A stretch of 64,000 nt of DNA from Eledone cirrhosa (Eukaryota): assembly GCA_964016885.1 (NCBI GenBank), contig OZ024740.1, positions 243,226,001 to 243,290,000 of the forward strand, in the 5' to 3' direction. Below the pieces are notes generated by a model. The model saw nothing but the letters and a program-made list of their open reading frames with translations. It did not search any database and was not told where the DNA came from. This document shows, one piece after another, positions 23,401-36,304 of this stretch; the stretch's first letter is position 1, and every line of letters starts with the position of its first letter. Both the position numbers and the translations under genes were made by a program.

Positions 23401-23878
23401 TTGACCTGGTAGTAGACTGGTGTATTTGAAAAAATTCTAATCTTTCTCACTATTCAGTCCCTGCTGTCTTTTTTTCTTTATCTCTCTATCCCTGCTTATG
23501 TGTGTGTGTGCAGGCACATTATATGAGGGGCCTACCAAACTTGAACTGCCCCGAGACCCCCAAGATCTAAATCTGATTCTGGTGTAGTGACCCAGAACAA
23601 TTACCAAGTCATTTTTAATTTGATGCCCTAATAACTGCCAATTTGCTACCTATAATATCCATGAAATAACCCATATTGGGTTCATGATTATAATGACACA
23701 GGTTCAATTCCTGAACTGGGTGGCACCTTGTGTTCTTGAGCAAAATACTTTATTTCACATAGTTTCTTTTGCCAGCTGTTGAAACCAGCAGCTAGTATCA
23801 GCAATGGAAAGATCAATGGAAACACAGTTTCATTAGTCCAATCTGATAAACGGCTCCTTACCTTTTTTCATTATATTT

Positions 23879-23981
23879 ACCGAGGTTAACTTTGCCTTTC
23901 ATCCTTACGGGGTCGATAAAATAAAGTACCAGTAGTGCACTGGAATAATTGCTGGCCTTGTGCCAAAAGTAGAAACAATTA
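23879..23981 (+). mobile_element. 5'-truncated Meta-like SINE
   Basis: Core and tail match 12172-12273; the flanks repeat attatatttacc. Confidence 0.82.
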
Positions 23982-25064
23982 TATTTACCCAATGGAACAA
24001 TTTTAGAAGAAATTACTTTAAGAATATAATAGAAAGCAAGAAAAAGAAATGGATTATATAACTGATAACTCTACTGTTCTAGAATTTTTGATTTTCTTGG
24101 TGAGTTACTTTTCTGCTTTCTTTTCTTACTTTTTAAAACAAAAGAGGCAGACAGCTCGTAATTATAATTCAGCTATAGTGAAATAAAACAGTAAAATAGA
24201 TTTCCAGTAGAGGCATTATGAGTAAGAATTAAATTTTCATAATGATTATTGTTTCCAAAAAGTGGGTTGGCTGTATAGGTAGAACATGTGACATGTTCTG
24301 TGGCATTTAGTTACAGCCCTTTATCTTCTGTGTTCAAATCTCACTGAGGTTAACTTTGCCTTTCATCCTTTCAATTATGTACCAAAGTTGATGTAATGGC
24401 CATCCTTCCTCCCCTACAAATTGTTGGACTTGTGTCTGAATCAAAAAATCATAGTAGTGTGCATATGTGCTGCAGATGAAGGAAGAGTAATAAAGTATGT
24501 TTTGATGAGAGGTGTAATAGTGCGAGGAGAGAAAAGAGAGAAGAATGTTAAAGGAAAGGGGATAGCGTTGAGCAAAAGAAAGAGAAATCCATTGACTTGT
24601 ATGTTGATGGAAGAAAGAAGTAGTAACATTATGAGGCAGAAGAAAGAGGTTATTTATTTTTGTGTTGATAGAAGTGAGAAATAGTAACACTGAGGCAAGA
24701 AGAAAGAGAAGGCTATTTATTTACAATACTAACATAAATACACATAGATGAACACCTGATATACTGAGAACTGTGACTGGTGGTAGTTATGGATTAAGTG
24801 GGGAAAGAAAAGACTAGGTTTTTTTTTTACTTTCGAATAATTTTTTTTTTTAAATCATCAATTATTTAAAGCATGTGCTTTAGTGTAATGTCATCTGAAC
24901 CTTTTACAAAGAACTGAGTCTCCAGTTAGATTGGTTTATTGAATTATAATTAATAAAGCATATGGTAAAATATTTAAGTTGAGAATTTACAGTTTTTAGT
25001 CATGAACAGTTGTATGTTAAATTCTAAAGCTCTAGGAAATTAATTGATGTTTTTGTTAAGGTAA

Positions 25065-25253
25065 TTAATTGTTTCTACTTTTAGCACAAGGCCAGCAATT
25101 ATCCCAGTGAATTACTAGTGCTTTATTTTATCGACCCCGTAAGGATGAAAGGCAAAGTTAACCTTGATGGGATTTGAACTCAGAATGGCAAGGGCCGTAA
25201 CTCTATGCATCAAAGCATGGCGTCCGACCCTCTACCGATAATGCCAATCCACC
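25065..25253 (-). mobile_element. Meta-like SINE
   Basis: Reverse complement of 12085-12273. Confidence 0.85.
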
Positions 25254-25552
25254 AATACCAATAAACAAGGGAAACAAAGAGAAAAAACTATCACTGAAAG
25301 TATTGTATACAAGGAACTCTTAAATTAATGGTATAATTTATGATAATGATTCAAATTATACAATGATGAACTAAACATGTCAAAATAATTATTGTCATAG
25401 TTGATAACAACCCTGGAATTTCCATAGAGCCAGTTAGTTATTAATATTGGTGGTGTTGTTGTTATTGATGTTGTATGCAAAAAAATAAATGCTCTAAAAT
25501 AATATTCCTTTAGTTATTATTAAACTAATTTGTTCAAATATTATATATATAT

Positions 25553-25565
25553 GTGCGTGCGCGTG

Positions 25566-25653
<88 letters not shown>

Positions 25654-25655
25654 TG
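25553..25655. repeat. (GT)n/(GCGT)n microsatellite
   Basis: Visible directly in the sequence. Confidence 0.95.
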
Positions 25656-25659
25656 TATG

Positions 25660-25917
25660 CACTCCAAAACTATGGTTCCGCTGTGAGGAGGGCTCGGCGC
25701 AGCCAACTGGCCTGTCCCTCCTCATAATGGTGCCATCCGGTGCCACTCTGTAAATGTGGTTGGTGTTAGGAAGGGCATCCAGCTGTAAAAATCCCAGCCA
25801 AATTTACAGTTCCGTCTGAGAGCGGTATGGCACAGCCAATCTGGCTAGACTTTTCTCATGACGTGGACATCGTGCAAGCATGAAAAATGGATGTTAAACG
25901 GTGATGAAGATGATGAT
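25660..25917 (+). mobile_element. Short element with a GC hairpin head and an RTE-type tail
   Basis: Hairpin tgaggagggc...gtccctcctca, then gtggttggtgttaggaagggcatccagctgtaaaa and a (gat)n tail. Confidence 0.6.
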
Positions 25918-27459
25918 TATTCATTAGGAAAACGATGGCACAAAAAAGAGTTCTGGATATTGTTCCATTACATTTTAACTGCAAATCTTTCCAGAACTGA
26001 GTTTTACTATTCATCCTTCCAAAGTCAATGGAACAAAGACGAGTAATGTATTAGGATCTATTCAAAGCTATGCTTCACCACATGGGAAGTGGATTGACAT
26101 AACCAGTAAAGGATCATGCAAAATGTCTTACAATATTCAACTCAATCCATTTGTGTTCTGATTGAAAATTCTGCCAGACAACTTTTATTTTAAAGCTTAA
26201 GGTGGACATAAAGGAAACTTCAGTTCAATACTAGGCTTAATATAATCAACTGTATGCCTCTCAAACAATTAGTGGTCTTGTAATGTTCAAAATCATTATC
26301 ATAAACACTGTCACATAACTAAAAGCTCTGACTGAGACTACATTAGGCTTGTCAAATTAAAACAATGTATGTTTATTTCTTTTTCTACTACCACATTATG
26401 ATGAAGACATTACAAATGAGAAGTGACCATCTCAAATAACCAAATAAATCTAAATAATCATTATTATTATATAATTATAATTATTGAAATCATTGAAAAA
26501 TGTGTCTCTTATTCTAAATGCAAATACGATTTTAATTTTAAATTTTGTTATTACAATAAAGTTTTTTTTGTTGTTGTTGTTTTCAAATTTACAAGCAGTT
26601 TTAAGCTTTCCACACATTTCAGCAACTTAGAAAACATGAAAGACCTGAAGTAATTATCTGTGCTACATTATTGAAGTTGCATCCTAACTGTTTTATGAAA
26701 GGTGTGTTGTGCTGCAAAAAGCTTTCACTCATGATATACTGCATGTTAAAGACAACAAGACTATATTTAAAAAAAGAAAAAAAGTATCCCTTAAGTAAAT
26801 TAGATGTCAGACCAAAACTGTGAGAAATTAAAGGATAGAAAGAAAAGGAAAAACAACATAGGATGGGATTAAGGCCATAAAATAGGGGAAATTATTAAAA
26901 AAATTCTGACCATAATTTATAATCTATTTCTAATTACTTATTTCAAATATGTCTCTTACATTTCACAATCAGTTAATGATCCTCACAAGCAAGAAATAAA
27001 CCAAATAATGAACAAATACGCAATATGTATATATATACAGAGAGAGAAAATAACATCCTTACATTCTGTAAAAGAAATGTCTACCATGCATTTAAAAAGA
27101 AAGAAACTGACCAACAGATAACATCATCCATTTTTCTAGCCACGTTTGGTATAACATTCTCTTTAAATTATTTTATTCTAATAAAAATCATGATGATATT
27201 AAGTTCATTTCCATGACTAATTCAATTCCAGTCTTGTTAAATAGCCATAGTCAGCTCTGTTTTTGCAGGCTTCTGTCAGAGGTGCTAACCAGATATTTTG
27301 GAGAAACTGACAGGCTCAGGATGCTGACTATGTAGATATGAAAGTCTGAGACGTCAAACTTTAATATTAGATTCACATTCAAGTTATGCCAATCCCAAAT
27401 TTTTCTGGAGCATATTGTAATTATATCTTTAAGACTTTAAAGAAGAGGCTTTCATTTAA

Positions 27460-27680
27460 CCCTTTAGCATTTACATTACTCTATATTTACTATTGTATTT
27501 TTGTGGTAAAAGCTTTATCTTACATAATTATCTCACATAATATCGAATCTATGAGATTTTGATGTTATTTATTTTAAGAACAATACCTTAAAGTTGGTAT
27601 GAGTGGCAGGTTACAGATGATTTGAACAGAAAGAGGTGAGAGAATTCTGGCCGGATATGGCCAGTTTGAATGCTAAAGGG
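27460..27680. mobile_element. piggyBac-type MITE
   Basis: TTAA TSD on both sides; TIR ccctttagcatt/aatgctaaaggg. A second copy lies at 47099. Confidence 0.85.
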
Positions 27681-28666
27681 TTAAAGACACTAGTGATGTT
27701 TTTTATGTTTTTTTTTTTATTTTGTATTGCATAAAGTTTACAGAGTTCTTTGATATAAATGACTTATGGCTGTAAAATGATGATGATGATGACTTACTAA
27801 CTTGATTTCTTATACTTTGACAATAGCCTTCATATGCACCAATATATTTTTTCTGGTAGAAATTTAAATCTATCACAATGAAAAATAATTGTTTCATGTT
27901 CCACTAACTTTCACTATAACCTCCTTCATTTTAATCATTCCTGTTAATAATATAGAGATTGCTGTTTCTTATCAATTGCCTATTGATCATCCAAACTATA
28001 TTGGGTATCTACTCCTCTATTAACAATCTATCTACAGTTTCATAATAACTACCAAACCAAAGTAATTATTATTCTTCCCAAGCTCAGTATGGTCAACATA
28101 CATTTCTTCTTCACTCTTACCTTTAACAATCATCAAGCTGTCTGAATAATAACATGTCTACTACTTTCCCATTTCTATTTCTTATATTTCTTACATTTAA
28201 CTAACAATACTGAGAGGAATAAGCTAAAATGAAGAATGGTGAAATTGTTTAATGATAGTTGGTAGTACTCGTAGAAGACATTTCAAATTCTAACCTACAT
28301 ATTTGATTTGGCAGTATATTTATGGTGATATACCCAATTATCATAACCAAATACATCAAGTATATTTATGAAGACAATAAAATTAGTATCATTATCAATG
28401 TAACTTAGAGCTCTTTTCACCTAATATTTTTTCAGTCATTTTTGCTAAATGAATTGATTTGACTCATGATAAACTCATCTCACCTGAATAAAAATCAAAA
28501 ACAACAATGGATATAAGGAGAGAGGAAGAAAAAGGATAAAGTTAAGTATTGAGATTTATTAAAGTGGTCAGGGCAAGGAGTGAGCACAGTAGTTACCAAA
28601 TGTTTGACAATAGGGCCGATATATCAAAACACTACAATATATGTGTGTGTATATGTATGTGTGTGA

Positions 28667-29100
28667 AGGCGTGTGGCTGAGTGGTTAGAGAATTGGATTC
28701 GCAATCGTAAGGTTGTGAGTTCGATTACTGGACCAGGCGATGCGTTATGTCCTTGAGTAAGACACTTTATTTCACGTTGCTCCTTCTACCTGGAGTTGCG
28801 ACCGATAGATAGTATTAGCAATTGGAAAGACCAACGGAAACATTGTTCCCTCGGTCTGTTGTGTGTGTGTGTGCATACAAATTATTGTTGTTGGACCTCT
28901 ACCAATTGCAATGATGAGTGTTTCAACAATAAGAACAGCCTGCTCATGAGATATAATGTACAAGTTACATGTGTACCTGGGTACTTTTAACATAATTCTC
29001 ATGGAGATACAGCATGACACAGTATGAAACAAGGCTGGCCCTTCCAATCACAGGTATATAATTCATTTTTTGCCAGCTGAGTCAACTGGAACAACATGAA
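28667..29100 (+). mobile_element. tRNA/CORE-like SINE (different tail)
   Basis: A box tggctgagtgg, B box gttcgatta, core gtccttgagtaagacactttatttcacgttgctcc. Related copies are at 43553-43760 and about 23690-23860. Confidence 0.75.
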
Positions 29101-29114
29101 GTGTGTGGGGGGGG

Positions 29115-29152
<38 letters not shown>

Positions 29153-29421
29153 TATGTGTGTGTGTGTGTGGTGTGTGGTGTGTGTGTGTGTGGTGGGTGG
29201 GTGTGTGTGTGCGTGTGTGTGGTGTGTGCGTGTGTGTGGTGTGTGTGTGTGTGTATGTGTGTGTGTGTGTGCGGTGTGTGTATGTGTGTGTGTGTGGTGT
29301 TTGTGTGGTGTGTGTGTGTGTGTGTGGTGTGTGTGGTGTGTGTGGTGTGTGTGGTGTGTGTGTGTGTGTGGTGTGTGTGTGTGGTGTGTGTGTGTGGTGT
29401 GTGTGTGGTGTGTGTGTGTGT
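29100..29421. repeat. Compound (GT)n/(GTGTG)n microsatellite
   Basis: Visible directly in the sequence. Confidence 0.95.
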
Positions 29422-29589
29422 TGGTGGGTACACAAACTCACATATAACACTGGAGTTCAAAATGAAGGCTTGGAGAATTATGAATTATAAGGCAAACAAA
29501 AAAAAAAAAAAACTAGACAGACAGATATAAATTGTAGGGAATTATGTGATAAAGATCCATGCAAATGTTGCAAATTTTTCAGAAATATC

Positions 29590-31032
29590 TACCTAGGAGA
29601 ATTGCTAGAGCTTTGCAACCTCCGTCTTGGACGTGTGGTCCATTCTCCACCAGGTTCAGGTGACCCCCAAAGAAGATGTCCTCATCCTCGGGTCACCGAT
29701 CCACCCGCTGGCCATCCGCTCCACCATCAGGTCCAGGCTTCAAACAGCTCCAGACTCTCACAAGCTGACTGGGCTTGATTGACGGCCACCCTGCTCTCTT
29801 TCTGCTGAGGAACTGCTTCGCCATGCCGAAGCTCCTCTATACACTCTGCAGCACTCCATGCTACACCCAGACATCTCTCCTCGCTGACCTCGATACTTGT
29901 ATCCGAGCAGCAGCCGAGGGGATATGCAACGTCAAGTTTGACGACATAGGGTGGCAACAGACCACTTTACCGGTCAGGTATGTCGGCCTTGGCCTCCGGT
30001 CCCTGATCTCACTAGCTTTGCCGGCGTATCTTTCGTCGGTAACCTCGTGCCGCGTCTTCGTCAGCAGGGTTCAGAACCCTCTGTGTTCAGAGAACCTGAG
30101 GCCGCCTGTGAGACGTGGGACTGGCTGGGACTTAGCCCAGTAGACGTCCCTCCTCCTTCTCCCCCTGTTGATGTCAAGTCCCCCCCCCCCAACGCACTTG
30201 GGATGCCATCCAGTGCAGCCTGGCCTCAGACAGGCTTATGCGCCAGCTCGACCAGCACCGCCTTGGTTGTTTTCGTGCAGCCTCCAAACCCCACAGTGGT
30301 GCCTGGCTCCATGCCCTGCCCTCAGCTAAACAACCATAGCCTGCGAATCGCCGTTTCCCTGAGGCTCGGCCTCCGGATCTGCCAACCACACCAATATCGC
30401 TGTGGTTCCACTGTGGACTCTCTCGGCCTCCACCCGCTTTCCTGTCGCCACAGTGCCGGCCGCATTCCACGCCATGCTGCCCTCAACGAGGTCATAAAGC
30501 ATGGCTTGGACGCTGCAGGCTTCCCTTCCCAGCTCGAACCGGTGGGGCTGGATCGAGGGGACGGCAAAAGGCCAGATGGCATGACCATCTTCCCGTTCCG
30601 CGGTGGCAAACCCCTCGTCTGGGATGCCACTTGCACCGACACTTTCTGCAGCCACAACCTGGTGCAGTTTGCGACTGACCCAGGTTCTGCTGCACGTCGG
30701 GCTGAGGGGGCCAAACTCCTCAAATACCGGTCGCTCTCCGACAGGTTTGCGGTCGTTCCTTTGGCAGTGGAGACTTCTGGTGTCCTCGGCCCCAGGGCTA
30801 CCTCCTTACTCACCACCATAGGCGCTGAGCTGGCCAGCCGCAGGTTTGAGCCCCGCGAGTTGGAGTGGCTTTTCCAGCGCGTCTCCCTTGCCATCCTCTG
30901 GGGAAACGCCTTCTCCATTCTGTCCACCGGGGCTGTGGGTGGGCCCCATTGCGTACCAATACATTAGTTAAATACTATTCTTTCATCTGATACAACACAA
31001 TAAAGACTAAAGTGTTTTAAAAAAAAAAAAAA
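29590..31032 (+). mobile_element. 5'-truncated CRE-clade non-LTR retrotransposon (restriction-like endonuclease), frameshifted
   Basis: LLRNCFAMPKLLY, GLGLR, zinc knuckle CG..VD..G.H.LSC....GR..RH, PD-(D/E)xK motif GKRPDG...VWDATC; AATAAA plus poly(A) at 31019-31032. Confidence 0.85.
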
Positions 31033-31291
31033 TGATATCCCCTACATTGAAATAAATGTATCTGTTTATCAAGATTACTGATTTTCTATAACCTTTATAT
31101 CAATCTGTAAAAGTATTTTATTATTAAAATCATTTGCATAGCTTAAATGTGTCTAGTAACCTGATGCTAATGTTGGTGTCAGATAAGTATGACTACATTA
31201 CATAATCTACTGCCAAACAGCCATGTATATATGAATGGAGTCACATTTTGAATATAATGAATGAAGCAATACTTTAGAAAACCAAAAACTA

Positions 31292-31459
31292 CCGTATTTC
31301 CCAGTGTCGAAGACGCTAGTTTTTTTCATAAAATAAGTCTCAAAATTCTACCATGCATCCTGGAGGCCGAAGGTTATTTATTATTTTTTTTTTTTTTTTT
31401 TTGGTCAAAATTAGGGTGCATCTTCGAGGGCGAAGCGTCTTCAGCACCAGGAAATACAG
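31292..31459. mobile_element. Tc1/mariner-pogo (Tigger-like) MITE
   Basis: TA TSD; TIR ccgtatttcccagtgtcgaagacgc / gcgtcttcagcaccaggaaatacag. Confidence 0.75.
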
Positions 31460-32489
31460 TATTTAACGGATTTAATGGATATTTTGTGCATTTAACTACC
31501 ACTTTCAAGTAAGAAATTATCCAAAATGTAAAAAGGAAAATGAAGAATATGAAAGAGAATGGCACTTTGGTATGTAGAAATGTAGCCTGTTGACAGAAAT
31601 ATTAACCAAACTTTGGTCTACTTCACAAAACACACCAAAATGTACGCTTTTCTTTACACAACTGATTAATGCCTATACAGATCATCACAGCTTAGCAATT
31701 CTAGTAACTAGTTATATTATTCAATAAGAAAAACCCTGTTCACTTAAAATAAAGTGGGTTTCACTAAGCCTCTGATAATCTCAGATTGTTATTTTATTTT
31801 ATCTCATTGATGCAATTTGTATTTTACATATTATTTAAAATGCATGGTTTACCCTATTATATGTTACATTGTTTTGTAAGTAAAACCATTTCTATGAATT
31901 GCTGGTGAAAACATTTAAATGTTAGTTGTGTGTTAATGAAATAAGATTGTAAACTTCAACTAGCTTAATGGAAAAAAATGATGAATTGAATTATATAGTA
32001 TGTGCCAAGAAACAAGGTTTTCTGTGTATTATATAATAAACTTGAATATCATTTTATAAAGCAGCTTTTAAATAAGTGTTAGTAAATATTTAAACAGAGA
32101 GACCGAAAATATGAAAAATTGAGAAAAACTCTAAAATTATATTAAAAGAGTATCCACTTTGAATATTTGATCCCCCAGAATACAGTATTTCATAGGAGAG
32201 AAACTTGATGAATTCTTGTTCTTTACTGCACAAGTTCAATTATATTTTGACAATGTATACAACATATAAATTATGTCATGTATGAATTTATATTTCTTTT
32301 TAGGTGAGGAAAGAGTAATTTAGAGAATTTATCACAAGTTTTATTTAACTATTGCTTAATAAAATATAACAGAGATAAAAAGAGGAATTCTAATACAAGG
32401 AGAATAAAGAAGTGGTCAGATATGTACAACTATCTCTGTATTGTATACATTAAAGATTTTACTTGAATATAGCTGCCTTTTATCAAGTA

Positions 32490-33570
32490 CTAGCAGTAAT
32501 ACCTGGCGTTGCACGGGATAAGGTATTTTGGAACGTGGGCTGCCAACAGACCTAATCGTGGAAAAACTGCATGCCTGGACAATATGCAAAGAAAATAAAC
32601 CGAATACTCTGATGGCTGGATAATCTTTAAGATTTTCCTCGATGAAGCAGGAAAAATGCTTGTTTTCACCTAATGCGAGCCCTAGGGGATCAAGAAAATG
32701 GATTTTTTTTATGTGCATAATATGCCTTGAAATTTCGGGAAAATCGGCTAGACGTAACGCCTACAAAAAACCGTAAAAAGCTGAAAAAATGAAGTTTTTC
32801 ACCTAATGCGGGCTCTAGGCCATAAAAATAGTTGGATTTTCTTTGCTCACGGTATGAAGAAGAGACTGACTAATACATAGTTACAATTTCAAGGAAATCG
32901 GTCTGACGTAACGCCTCAAAAAACTCCTAGAAACTTTTAAAAACGCAGTTTTTCACTTAATGCGGGCTCTAGGAGATCAAAAAGTTGAATTTTATGTGCA
33001 TAACACTCCCTGAAACATAAGTAATACACATGTAAAGTTTGAAAAAAATCGGTTGGCTACTTCTCGAGTTTTAGGGATTCAAACTCACAGACACACACAC
33101 ATACATCCTCAGGGAAGTGACGTAATGCACACAGCCAGACATACAGACAGATATAAGAGCGCGACGTTATATGTATGTAGGTGGATAAGGCGGTGGATTG
33201 GCAGTATCGGTAGAAGGTCGGACGCCATGCTTTCCAGCATAGTTACGTCCCTTTACGATCTGAGTTCAAATCCGGCCGAGGTTGACTTTGCCTTTCATCC
33301 TTACGGGGGTCGATAAAATAAAGTACCAGTAATGCACTGGGTAATTGCTGGCCTTGTGCCTAAAGTAGAAACAGTTATATGTATGTATCTATCTAAATAG
33401 AGAAAGACTAAGAATTATAGAGAGAGATCGCTAAATCGCCTAATGTAGTCCCTAGGGCATTGAAATTTTGAAATTGTATTTGCTCAGAACACTCCCTGAA
33501 ACATAAGTATTACATGTGTAAAGTTTGAAAATAGTCGGTTGGGTGGTTCTCAAGTTTTAGGGATTCAAAC

Positions 33571-33620
<50 letters not shown>

Positions 33621-33651
33621 AGACAGACATCCTCAGTTTTATATATAGAGA
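32490..33651 (-). mobile_element. Non-autonomous Helitron
   Basis: The minus strand starts A|TCTCTATATATAAAA and ends with hairpin cccgtgcaacgccagg plus CTAG|T. It contains internal tandem blocks (ttttcacctaatgcgggctctagg). Confidence 0.82.
33188..33376 (+). mobile_element. Meta-like SINE nested in the Helitron
   Basis: Full copy; TSD gttatatgtatgta. Confidence 0.88.
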
Positions 33652-34017
33652 TAATAAATAAGGGGGCTAATGAACATCAAATCAGAAACAGACAGCTTCG
33701 ATTTATTTTACACGCTTTCTCCTATCTCAAATATCAGTCTTTCCTTAATGAGATGAAATTAAAATTAGTACAGTAAATTTGGAGGATAAACAACAAAATT
33801 TATAAAATAAGAAATGTACACTATAAGAAGGATTATATCTGAAAATAAAAGTAAATAGCAATATAGTTCTATTAATAAATATTTTGACAAAGCGCCCACA
33901 CATACACAGTAACAATGTAGTCACTTAAAAACAAAAACAATAAAAGATGATAAAATCAAGGGTAGACAACTACTACTATAGAGTTAATTCCCTTGAACCG
34001 GTATTTCGCAAAATAAA

Positions 34018-34208
34018 TAATTGTTTCTATTTTTGGCACAAGACCATCTTATAACCGTACATTACTGGTACTTTATTTTATCGACCCTGTAAGGATGAAA
34101 GGCAAAGTTAACCTCGGCGGGATTTGAACTCAGACCATAAAGGGCTGTAACTCTTTGCTGTAAAGCATGGCGTCCGACCCTCTACCGATACTGCCAATCC
34201 ACTACCCT
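34018..34208 (-). mobile_element. Meta-like SINE
   Basis: Reverse copy; TSD gcaaaataaataat. Confidence 0.85.
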
Positions 34209-34260
34209 TTTATTTATTTTGCAAAATAAATAATGTAAATTGATTTTGCATGGTCAAAAT

Positions 34261-34735
34261 CAGAGGTGGGGAACGTTTTCATGTTGAAAGGCTGCATTAA
34301 GTTGCTTGTAATATAATTTCAAGAAACCATAACTATATATTCTTAAAATTTTGATAATCACTGGTGTCCCGTAGGTTCTTACCAGCCAGCTTTGGGCGAT
34401 ACTGGCTCCAGTCAAGCAGGACTTTAATGTACATTCTACAATCGCATTAGATCTAAAATATGAGCATAGAAGATGCTGAAATGACCCTTATGATCTACTC
34501 ATTTTTTTAAATTCTGGCTGTCTGTCAGTGTCGATTATTTTGTCAATTTTTTTTTTACTCTTTGGTATTCAAAATACGTTCATCTTATGGTTTATATTAT
34601 GGTTTATATAAAAGATAGATAAAAACATCAATAACAAATTTTAATTTGTTGGAAATTTTTATTTCTTTCAAAAGGCCACACAGAATCGTATAGCAGGACA
34701 CATGCAGCTTTAAGGTCGCAAGTTCCCCATCGCTG
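34261..34735. mobile_element. hAT (Charlie-like) MITE
   Basis: 8-bp TSD gtcaaaat; TIR cagaggtggggaac / gttccccatcgctg. Confidence 0.85.
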
Positions 34736-34809
34736 GTCAAAATAATGACAGTAACTGCTATTCAATAAAAGCAAAAGTAAGTAATCCACCTAGACTAGAA
34801 TCATAATAC

Positions 34810-35260
34810 ATCACATCCAAAGAAAAAGATTTTGGTGTAATAAATGAAACCCTGAACACTTGTGATCTCATCACTGAAGCATTTCATTGTTATAGTATAT
34901 TAGATACTTTAAAAAAGGATTTGCAGATTATCCTAAGTGCATTGATTTTAACTAAGACATTATTTGACTAAGCAAGTCAGTTCTTAGACATTATCTTAAA
35001 TACTATGTGTAGGTTTGCTGATTATAGGGATGATAAAACAAACAAAGTGTAACATATGGTCCTTAAAATAGTGTACTATGAGGAAAAGCTAATAAAACTT
35101 TACTTGAGTCTGAAGAGGACATTGAAAAATATAGGTTACAGAAATGTTATAAGGTTTTACAGAGTACCCTACAAAATAAAGGAGCATTTATCAAGCTAAA
35201 GTTAAGAAACTTATACTGAACTGGAATAATTCAGCTCACAACTGAGTTGAATGTCCTTAG
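34810..35260 (+). mobile_element. Highly decayed CR1/L2-like LINE 3' relic
   Basis: Remnants KEKDFGVI, KSVLRHYLKY and YEEKL resemble EKDLGV, LVRPHLEY and YEERL. Confidence 0.4.
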
Positions 35261-35465
35261 AAAAAAAATTGTAAAGATATGTAAACATACATATCCTTTT
35301 TACGCCTGTTTTTCATGCTAGTATGAGCTGGATAGAACTTTAGTCATCTCTTGTGAAACATCACAGAGATATACACTTCTTCTAAAAACAAGAATACACA
35401 CAACCTTAAGAATGCAAGATCTGTTGAAAAAAAATATCATACATTAGGCTGGGAAAAGAATGATG

Positions 35466-36030
35466 TACATGGAGGGATTCAATTGCTAATCCCCTTTGAA
35501 ATAGACCCATTTTGCCTCCACACCTTAGCCCAGCAATCCTGCTACTCTTCGAAGCAAGTCTGGAATGTTTCTTCCAGAATGGCTTTCAGCTCTGGCATCA
35601 CAGTCCACATGTTCTCCCAGCTCTCAAAAAGGTCAGGAGTATTTTTCAAGAGTGGGGAGTATGGCAAGTGAGAAAGATGCCTGTCTTTGCCTGCAAACCT
35701 TAGATCAGCTGAGACAAATTAGCCAGGGAGCTGTTATGATGTAACTGCCAGTATTGCAAGGCCCAGAAATCTAGTCACTTGCACCAAACTGCATCACAAT
35801 GACAGAAGACTTCTTGATAGTACACCTTTGTAACTGCATATCCTTTTGCTGGGTGTTGATGATGCACAATGCTGCTGTAGTTGTAGAAAACAGTACCACT
35901 TTAATTTTGTTCCACATCTGACATGCATTATGGATGCTTCTACTGTTGACTGAGCTTTGGTTTCTGGCTTGTACCTGTACACCCACGTCTCATAGCCAGT
36001 TATGGTATTCAAGAAGTTTGGCACCTTATT
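35466..36030 (-). mobile_element. Decayed mariner transposase fragment
   Basis: NFLNTITGYETWVYRYKPETKAQS resembles mariner ITGDETWVYHYDPETKRQS. Confidence 0.7.
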
Positions 36031-36304
36031 GGCAATATCAGGTGAAATGTAAATGCAATAAGTACATCATATGCTGGCTGCTTTACAGTGACTGATACAT
36101 CCAGCAAGCTCACCAAAGGCCGTGTATGTGCATGAATGTATGTGGTGCTCTACACTGTACACTTTTATCTCCCTAACATCATAAGGAAAATAAAGTCAGA
36201 TATTTTTTGACAAACTTCATATAATGTAATATTTACAAGGAAAAATACACAAAGAAGACTTTACATAGACCAATCAAGTTTGCTTAGAGAAACATAGTGT
36301 CAAG

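Noticed and set aside
27802-27852. Candidate in-frame minus-strand cassette exon KKYIGAYEGYCQSIRNQ
   Set aside because: Exon 5 joins exon 6 cleanly as a thioredoxin fold without it, and its splice sites are mediocre. It needs RNA evidence.
28121-28141. 21-nt minus-strand micro-exon with good splice sites
   Set aside because: It has a stop in the required phase 0 and is likely chance.
28667-28740. tRNA genes at SINE heads
   Set aside because: The A and B boxes continue into SINE core and tail, and no clean acceptor stem is present.
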